A DNA stretch of 64,000 bases from the NCBI GenBank assembly GCA_036172245.1, contig JAYWIR010000064.1, positions 310,001 to 374,000 on the forward strand, written 5' to 3'. This DNA is from Raillietiella orientalis. Lineage: Eukaryota. Below, in pieces: positions 55,901 through 64,000 of the stretch; the first letter of the stretch is position 1; each line of letters starts with the position of its first letter. The translations under genes and the position numbers were made by a program. The notes beneath the pieces were generated by a model, which saw nothing but the letters and a program-made list of their open reading frames with translations, was not told the DNA's origin and made no database searches.

Positions 55901-58900
55901 TTTCCTACAAGATCAAAAACAATTTCTCCACTAGATACTACAACTCATCAAAGATGGCGCTGAAGAACTGTTCATATTAAACAACCACACAACATTTTAT
56001 TCGAAAAACATGAACTTCTTGAAAGAGTGCTTCAGATTCACATGAAGCAGGGCACACCCTAACCCACTTGCCAAACTACAACTGAAATCTTGGCAAATGG
56101 ACATCCTTAAGATTATACGCCAAACACCGGAACTCGGAAAAATATATTGGTATTATGACCCAGTTGGAGGCACAGGCAAGACGACCATGGCGAAATTCCT
56201 CTACTTGAAAAAGGGCGCCATTTACATGCACTCTTGTAAAAAAGCAGACGCCGCCCACATCTACAACAGCGAAAGGATCATCATCGTTGACCTCACAAGA
56301 GATAACCAAGAACATGTACAGTACGGGTTCATAGAGACCATGAAAAATGGAATTATATACCTAATCTAAGCTTCCCGTGTCATACCACAAATTTTTTTGC
56401 GTCTTCAAAAATATGGGGATGCAGTCGATTGAACTCTCAACATACATCACAAAACACAAAAAACCTCATGACCTTTGTCCTTACAAACGTGGCTTTATGG
56501 AGGACGTTACCACAACTACGTATCATTCCTAACAAAGTTAGTCAACTTCCACTCCGAAATACCTTTTGAGAACCTTGAGAAAAACGCAATGCTCCTCTTT
56601 CCGTAACATTGTGTACGGAAAGACTGTGCTTTTTGCTTTCAAAAGATACACAAATAAATACACAGATGGAGCTATGGATCAATTTTTTCTAACACTTTCT
56701 TTAACATAAGAATCAAGGTAATCAAAACGAACTCCACTTCTACAAAGTCTACTATCTCGCTCGGGGGACAAAAATAAACCCAGAAGGTTCCTCACTTTAC
56801 TGAGCAAAGTTTATCTTCCATCTCTTTAGACATTCACCAGACAACGGAAATATGACACTGTACTCCATGAGTTGATCAGCAAATACGAAACCAAAGCTTG
56901 ATGAGACGGAGACCTCAAACTCAGCGAATACGAAGGGGCTAAACATCTGAAAGGGGAAAGCTGAAGGAGAGAAAAAAATGAGGAAAAAAAAAAAAAAAAC
57001 CAATCTGCTATTACTTTCCAATCTGCTCGTGCAAGAAATGCGTGATTTTTTTCTTGGCCACGCATGCACGAAGCTTTGCTTAAGCTTTGTCTTTCAAAGT
57101 AGGAAAAGTTGGAGGCACTTATAGGGATATATCCTAAACAAAAGAGATTCCAAACGAGGTCAACTGGCAACCTATAAATATATCAGATTGCCATCACTGA
57201 TCTCCGAGGGAATTTCCTTTTTTGATAAAGCAAACTGTTTAAGAAAAGAGTTTTTCTTTTTTATTTTGGGACGGGAGAGTCATTTCTCATGAGAACGCGC
57301 CAGCCTTTAACTATGAATGGGGAGAATCTGAGAATGAATTTGGAAGATATCACCTAACCGGATGACGTAAGAAGCAGATGGATCTATGCTTATACAGGAA
57401 GCTGGTATGGATCGTATTTGCATTCACAAAATTAAAAAAACGTATGGTATTAACGGGAGCTGATTCGCTACGTTGGAAAAAAGCACAAATACTAAAAGTC
57501 ACAGTGCTTAAAGTTTCAGGATTTTACAAATTCGAGTTTAGTTGTACACAGAACTGCAAATTCATGCGGGTTAAGGGCACTTCATCAAACCAAGTTAAAT
57601 GACGTCTGACCTGCACCGCAAGTAGTGGCTTCTTGATAAGAATCCCGCCTCTGAGTAAGGCAAAAATATTTATGGGATAAAGCATCCGATAAAGGATCTT
57701 CTAACACGCCTAGTTGAAAACTCAAATATACAATTCTTAAAATTTAGATGCATTCATGGGAAAAATCCATTCAATAGCCTTTGTGAAACACACAATAGAA
57801 GCAAAATTACACAAATAGAATTACCAGACACTGTTTTATGTTATAGTGCTTGAATCGTGAGGTTTTAGATAATCATCGCGAGCGAAATCTAGAATGAGGT
57901 TATCAAGTTGGTACTGCGTTCCATATAGACGTTTATACACCCCAACTCAGATGAGTACACGCAGCAATTCCCTCATTCGTTGATGCTTTGATGTTTCCAA
58001 ACGTGAAGCAATGAATATGTCAATGATGGAGAGTCGGTTTCTGGTTATTGTGAACGCTCAAAACACCGAAAAACACAAAGAATTTGATGGGACGTAATTC
58101 ACTTTTGGGAAAATAACGCATGAAATCGATATCACATTTTCATCTTCATTTTGAAATCTGAAAACATGACAGAAAATACTGATGTGTTTACAAGGAAAAG
58201 ATCCATCGAAACTTTATTTTCAACATCGCCTATAACGAGTTGAATTATGAAGGAGAAATTTTAAAACGAAATTTTTTTTTTTATACATATTAAAGCTGTC
58301 GGAGCAACTCCGATCTCGTGGGATTTTCTTCGGATCCAAAAAATATGCCTGTTTTAAGGGCCCATTTGCTCCGTTGCCAGAATACCAAGCCTTTTTTAAA
58401 CATGTTACTCAGCAAGCTGATGTTCGTTACCGGGAAGCTTCCGCAAAACTGTGACGAAAACATTACATTAACCCTTTGGGTGCTGCGGACGCATATACGC
58501 GTCCGACGAAAACGCATAGCGCACGCTGTGGACGCAAACATGGGTTCGGCGAAACTTATCGGCGTGGACTATGGGCTCTTCTATGCGTTTGGCCAAATGC
58601 TTTGACCTTGCCCTCGCGACACGATTCGTGCTTGAGGTGGACACATACACTCGCGTTCTCGTAATTCCTTCAGCAACGACGGTAAACAGAATTCCAGTTA
58701 TATGCTCTTATATGCGAGGAAGCGTTCCGCGTCCACAGGGATCGCCACTGCGTGCCGCCAACGCGGAACGTTCAAATGTGGTGAGCTCCGCACCCAAAGA
58801 GTAAAATACAGCCGCATCCACCATGCCCAAGTGAATCATCAACCTGAATTTAAATCCAACATTCGCAAGGAACAAGAGCAAATACATGGCGTAATGTTGA

Positions 58901-61403
58901 ATGCCCCTTGGGCGAAAAATGGTTCTCCATCGTTGGTACGCAACTTTCATTCAAGCACTTCCGCTTCAAACTTTTCATTCATCGCTTCTTTGAGTTTCGA
59001 TTCTTTCTCCGTAAACGTTGCAGACAAACAAGTATGACAACTCATACAATCCCTACTTTCCTCTAGCTATGCACTGTAACAGCCATAAGATTCTTCTGCA
59101 TAAAGCGACCAATACAACCAACCGACTATAATGTACGGTGAAGAAGCACCAACGTACAACGTGCTTTTCGCTTTACTGTAAATCGCTACATAAACAACAA
59201 CATCCGCAAATCCCATTTCATTCTAATCGAAAACTTTCTCGCTCAAATGTTTGAAACTATAGATGGCGCACAACAAACGTAGTTTTCAATCTCCAAAGAT
59301 CATTAGAAATTCAAAGGAAAAATGATGCTGGAATTCAAATCGAATCAAAACTCTTTCCTAACTGGAAAACTTAAAAGCAGAGTGACCGCGGGTGCTTTCG
59401 TCTCTTTTCATCGCTCACTAAGGGAGGAGGGCAATTGTGACCAAGTGGGCGCAGCGTTAAAACGGTGTTCACAATGTCACTTCCTGATAATCATTATTCT
59501 GCCGTGTTTCTAATTTAATTGAAAGAGCTAAGTTGTGTCAAATGATTAACACTGATGGACTGAAGCAGAAAATGGTGTGCAACAACACTTTGCCGTACGA
59601 ATGTCTAAGAAGGAATATGCTATCAATCTTTAGAAGTATCTCCGGAGAATTTGTTCACGGGCATTAGTTTTAGTTCTTCTCACTTTACTGACAAACAGGG
59701 TTCTTCTACGATTACTAGTTTTTTTTTTTTTTTTTTTAAAAAAAAAAATGAAATGGTCTATTTCAAGAAACACGCTTTGGCAATGAAGTGTTCGAAAACA
59801 CCATGTAAACATAAGAAAGGGTTCTCCTTACTTCCACCGGGTTCTCGAGAAAAGCGAAAGATCTTACTCAACAAATTGACGAAACACTTGAGTCGTTCTC
59901 ATCAACCAAGAATTATTCAGCACAAACGAATGCACTATTTTTAAATTCAAGAAAGAAAATTACTATTTTGTTTACATTGAAAAAAAAATACGTTACAGTG
60001 CTCAATTTCCGAAAAGAACCGAAAATCAAAAGTTTGCAGCTGAAACTGCAAAGAATCCCCTGAAATTTTCACGGCGCTCAAAGTAATTCGGGTCCTGCAG
60101 ATGAATTTGCAGAAATTCACTGAGAACACGAAACTAAGCAATTCACAAAGCCGGGACACAAATTTCACAAAGCTTGGGACGAATCCCAAGTATGTTAAAC
60201 ACTTTAAGTGCGAGATGATTCAACGAATTACTAAGCAACGTTTCACTGAAATGCTCGAGTAAGCAAACGGCAAAGTATTACATTAAACTGCAAAGTATAT
60301 ATATATATATTATTTTCGTAGCGTTTGAATATAACCAAAGCAATCGAATTCATATCAAGGATGGTGAAAAATCATGGGGCAGTTGAGAAAAAACAAATAA
60401 CGATTCATGCTCACAAAGGAAACGTGGTGTTTACAAGTGTGACACCTCCACACACCTCGTGTGGATGAAGAAGAAGACACGTGTCTAGTGTCCATGCTGG
60501 AAAAACAGCAAGCAATACACTCGGGAATGATAACGCGACTTCAAAGATTTTTCTCATGAATGCGATCTCTATAGGCAATCCGTCGCCATGAACATGCAAA
60601 GCTTCAAATGAGATAAAGACGATCACGAACGCACGGTTAATAGGAAAAAATTCCCACCACCAAAACAAAGTTCTTAAAGAAGAATAACGAAACTTACAGT
60701 AAGGAAAAATACAAACAAATCAAATGCTTCGTTGTAAGCGCAAAACTAAAAACAAATATGAAAAATGGGAAAATAAAACAAGACAAATTCTGACAAAAGA
60801 GGGCACTGCCAATAAAAAATAGAAAAAAAAAAAAAAAAGAAGCTTCGAATTGCACTTTCAGTTTCGCAGGGCATGTGAATTCTCAAAGTCCAACCGGAAT
60901 ATCACAGCAATGTCCTAAACTCTCGGAATGTGGAGAGAGGGAGAGGGAAAATAGAGGGAAGCCATGCTCCCCACTTGGCAATCACTTAGCCAGCTAAATA
61001 GACGATTAAGTAAACACTTTCGTACTTGGTGGATAAGAAGTCTCCACGATACTGATCGGAGTGGACTGGTTGCATGGCTTGGCGAAATCAGTGTTTCTGC
61101 CTTCCAGAAACGCATCTAAAGAGCCGAAGGGAAGGTCGACGTGATCCATCAAAAAGAACTGGGAACAGATGAAAAATTCGCACAGGATAAACAGAGATTG
61201 ATTGATGCAATACCTCGATGGTTAAGCATCCGGAGACGCTGTCGCTTTGATACGGTTTCGACTGCAAAGGTATGATTTCTTTCTGCTTTGGAGAAGACAG
61301 CAATTCCTCGATAGGAACCATTCCTTGTCCCAAAAACGCTCCATCGGTTTTCGACTTGTCGTAAATTTCAAATACAATTTCCCTCGTGGAGGAATTTATT
61401 TTG
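49922..61403 (-). CDS. C2CD2L/TMEM24-like lipid-transfer protein (CG10737-like; C2 plus C-terminal C1 domain), 3' exons
   Basis: Phase-consistent exons: 61403-61214 (C2: FEIYDKSKTDGAFLGQGMVPIEELL..P.QKEIIPLQSKPY), 61158-61026, 52214-52047 (RKKRDFFGTLRRRF), 50862-50721 (YINESSTLILETLENSIKK), 50673-50569 (KGTKLHLFNDHIFVAKH), 50132-49980 (C1: CEVC...GKQAYECRDCKLRCHKFC...C) and 49937-49922 (stop). The 5' exons lie upstream. Small intervening exons may have been missed. Confidence 0.8.
54464..55182 (-). pseudogene. cap: Putative CRESS-virus capsid protein, frameshifted
   Basis: ATG at 55182 gives MAKPRSVRSRKRKRVSSWTSGKRRRLSRGK. A frameshift in the A-run at about 55092-55096 continues as RGYSTYKRRRRWNVRRRRVKMYRNP... 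and later FAKHYRYVRIKGCATKFEP, resembling the circo-like YxYYRIxKxxVxFxP strand. The Arg-rich N-terminus and position fit a capsid. Probably continues, degraded, below 54464. Confidence 0.78.
55427..55459 (-). promoter_or_regulatory. Rolling-circle origin stem-loop with nonanucleotide TAGTATTAC
   Basis: Perfect 10-bp stem TGCAATCTGG (55427-36) / CCAGATTGCA (55450-59). The 13-nt loop contains GTAATACTA (55437-45), which reads TAGTATTAC on the - strand. Confidence 0.93.
55560..56530 (+). pseudogene. rep: CRESS-virus Rep (HUH endonuclease plus SF3 helicase), frameshifted
   Basis: RCR motif I WCLTLCN, II TPHLQG, III YRTKE. After frameshifts: LKSWQ, Walker A IYWYYDPVGGTGKT, Walker B IIVDLTR and QYGFIETMKNG. 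Remnants SSK/YG (about 56400) and PH/TFVLTN (motif C, 56464-56488) follow. No intact start codon found. Confidence 0.95.
58472..58801. mobile_element. piggyBac-type MITE, copy 1 (about 330 bp)
   Basis: TTAA-CCCTTTGGGTGC ... GCACCCAAAGAG-TAAA. Near-identical to 62888-63337. Confidence 0.85.
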
Positions 61404-62887
61404 CTGAAGGCACTTTTCATTTTAGAAACCCACATCGTCAAGCAACTCACCATAAGAAGTTTTCGTTCCAAAGAGGGCAGTTGGTATTCTTTTTCACACA
61501 TGTTTGAAACTTTTGAGATGGCTCATCGATTTCAACTATGCAATAAGGTTCAGCACAACCTTACGAAAAAAAAAAGAAAACTTTCATTACATTTCTCCAG
61601 CTCTAATTAAAAAGCTGGGACACAAAGTGATCTCGAAATAAAACTCGAAAATGTACACAATATCTATGACATTGGGGGGAGGGGAGGGGGGGATGCTGCA
61701 TTTCAATGAAACAGAAATCATGTTGACCACAGTCCGTTAATGTTCGACAGATAATGAAACTTTACAAAATATTGCTGACTACTTGCCACACCAGCAAAAC
61801 TTTAGCAAATAAGAGACATCCTACAATATCATTATGTATCTACCTACAGATGAACTCTCCTATTTGGCAAACTGCTTCGGAAACATATTTGGTTCTAAGC
61901 AAAGATACTTACGATTTTCTCTGAGTAAGGAAGTAACGGTTCGTGCGCGATTAATCGAATCAAAAGTACCAATCGCAGATTCCCGAGAACCACGAGATCT
62001 CCCTGAATCACTACTCAAACTATTTCAACGGTTTCAATCCTCCATTGCACGTGTATTAAAAAGTGTGCTGATTCTGTTTACATTTCGATTACGTTCGTTA
62101 ATAAGTTCTTAAAAATTACTGTATCTGCTTGAATAAAGGAGTTTTATCGAAAACTAATCATGGATTTCACCCCACCAAAGGATGATTAAGGTGCCGGAAA
62201 ATTACTAAATAATTAACTAAAACAGTCGAACGGCATGTGCGAACATACTGTACAATCTCTTCGCTCTCATTTTTGAAAGTGAGCACGAAAAAACGGAAGA
62301 CAACGCATAGCTTTTTTGAACTTCCACAATACCCAACTCCACGGTAAACTTTCGATCTCTCCCCCCAAAGGGCAAATGCCCGGGGTTCCTATTTCCCATT
62401 TCGAACTTAAAACTAAACAGCAAGCTACTTAAAATCGAATTGCTTATCGATGTCAATTAAAAAGGGACCGCTCTAACGCACTTAATTCGCTTTGAAGATG
62501 AAAAGAGTTTTTTCGCCAACAAAATCTTTTCTTCGGTCTTTAACGAACTGTTAAAGATATAACATACGATTCCATTGTGGTCGCTAATTACAAAGCCATT
62601 ACGAAAAAATCACACTTAACAAACTAATTTAATTCTATTACATGGAATGATACTGACAACTGAGAAACATTTTTTTGAATAGTAGCGACACTCTCTATTT
62701 ACATAATAATTGCGTGCGATCTGACGCTTCATTTAACACATGCATGATGATCAACGGCACCACTGGAAACCAATTACCGATTTTTCCCTTTTCTTCCTAA
62801 TTCGATATTCCTAACGGTTCTTATCTCGCATTGAAAGAACAGATTACTTGAAATTTTGATAGACGCTTCTCGACGCTACCTTCTTAA

Positions 62888-63337
62888 CCCTTTGGGTGCT
62901 GTGGACGCAAACATGGGTTCGGCGAAACTTAGCGACGTGTACTATGGGCTCTTCTATGCGTTTGGCCAAATGCTTTGACCTTGCCCTCGAGACACGAGCG
63001 GACACGATTCGTGCTTGAGGTGGACACATACACTCGCGTTCTCGTAATTCCTTCAGCAACGATGGTAAACAGAATTCCAGTTATACCGGCTGACTGCTCT
63101 CGCTTTTTTCAGAGAGTCACTTCTCTGGAAGAAAAAAAAAAAAGAGAATGCAAATATTTTAAATTAAAATATTTGCATTCTCGTGGTGTAAATGAAACAA
63201 TTACAATCAGCACTTTATGCAGCCGATGGGTACCCCCCGATAAGGGCACGCGAGGAAGCGTTCCGCGTCCACAGGGATCTCCACTGCGTGCCGCCAACAC
63301 GGAACGTTCAAATGTGGTGAGCTCCGCACCTAAAGGG
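62888..63337. mobile_element. piggyBac-type MITE, copy 2 (about 450 bp)
   Basis: TTAA-CCCTTTGGGTGC ... GCACCTAAAGGG-TTAA (TIR 11/12, TTAA on both sides). Carries about 165 bp absent from copy 1. Confidence 0.9.
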
Positions 63338-63940
63338 TTAATAAGCTCTTCCTAATCATATGGTATTTTCTTTCTGCTTCATGTATATTTCTGCTTCACG
63401 TAATGAATGTATAATTAAAGACTGCTGCTTCAAGAATTTTATCAGCACTCGTACAATCTTCACTAATCGATGAAAGATAGCCTTCTCTAGTAATGTTCAC
63501 GTTAGGCGTGGTTTTTAAACGCCTTGAGCTTTCAAGACCGGGATCTCTACAACAGCTATTGTGTTGATAGAGTACGCTGATCGCATCTACGACTGAAAGA
63601 TGTAGAACCCAGTCCAAAGTTTTCTGTCTCAATTATTACTTCCGCTACTAAGCAAAAACTTAGACCTGTGATTTAGCGAATTCGTGTGTTTGTGCGAATA
63701 GGACGATCGTAAAATTTTACGTTCTTTCCCTATATTTCACTTTTTAAGTGTTCTTCAAATTCAATTTATTTTTTTTCCCCTTCCTCATATGATGATATTT
63801 CCTGCTGATTGCCATTGGCCTCTTACTGAAATTCTCTTTTTGCACCAGCAGCAAATTAAACGATATTCAGCAGATATGGCAACATTGATGATTAAGTTTA
63901 TGAAAACGTCATTTGACGGAAGAATTGCCGCAAGAAAGCA

Positions 63941-63977
63941 AAAAGGTACACGGTAAGGTACACGCAAAAGGTACACG
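63941..63977. repeat. Short tandem repeat, 3 x AAGGTACACG
   Basis: AAAAGGTACACGGTAAGGTACACGCAAAAGGTACACG. Confidence 0.8.
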
Positions 63978-64000
63978 TATGGCTACAAAAAAAGGAAAGT

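Larger units (their letters stand above)
54250..56540. mobile_element. Endogenous CRESS-DNA virus element (cap, ori, rep), ambisense
   Basis: Divergent cap and rep around a stem-loop with a canonical nonanucleotide. The + strand is C/A-skewed, unlike the flanks. Boundaries are approximate. Confidence 0.92.

Noticed and set aside
63396..63632. Possible upstream exon of the C2CD2L-like gene
   Set aside because: No recognisable SMP or C2 sequence and a weak donor, so it was left unassigned.

Overview
AT-rich eukaryotic genomic DNA, most likely from an arthropod: it has spliceosomal genes with very short introns, a Ttk-type BTB gene and a CG10737-like gene. Host genes are a Tramtrack-class BTB exon (-), a complete 10-exon TBCE (-), and the 3' part of a C2CD2L/TMEM24-like C2+C1 gene (-). 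The standout feature is a near-complete, degraded endogenous CRESS-DNA (circular ssDNA) virus at about 54.25-56.54 kb, inside a large intron of the C2CD2L-like gene. It has an Arg-rich cap on the - strand, an HUH/SF3 rep on the + strand, and between them an intact stem-loop origin with the nonanucleotide TAGTATTAC on the cap strand. The rest is mostly transposon debris. This includes an L1/Tx1-like LINE split by a 5'-truncated RLE-type (NeSL/Utopia-like) retroelement with an 18-bp target-site duplication, a second diverged copy of that LINE, a Tigger/pogo pseudogene, a piggyBac fragment and two TTAA-type MITEs. An isolated psq-type HTH ORF and several perfect palindromes inside dead elements are also present. 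All family assignments come from motif recognition by eye, not database searches.
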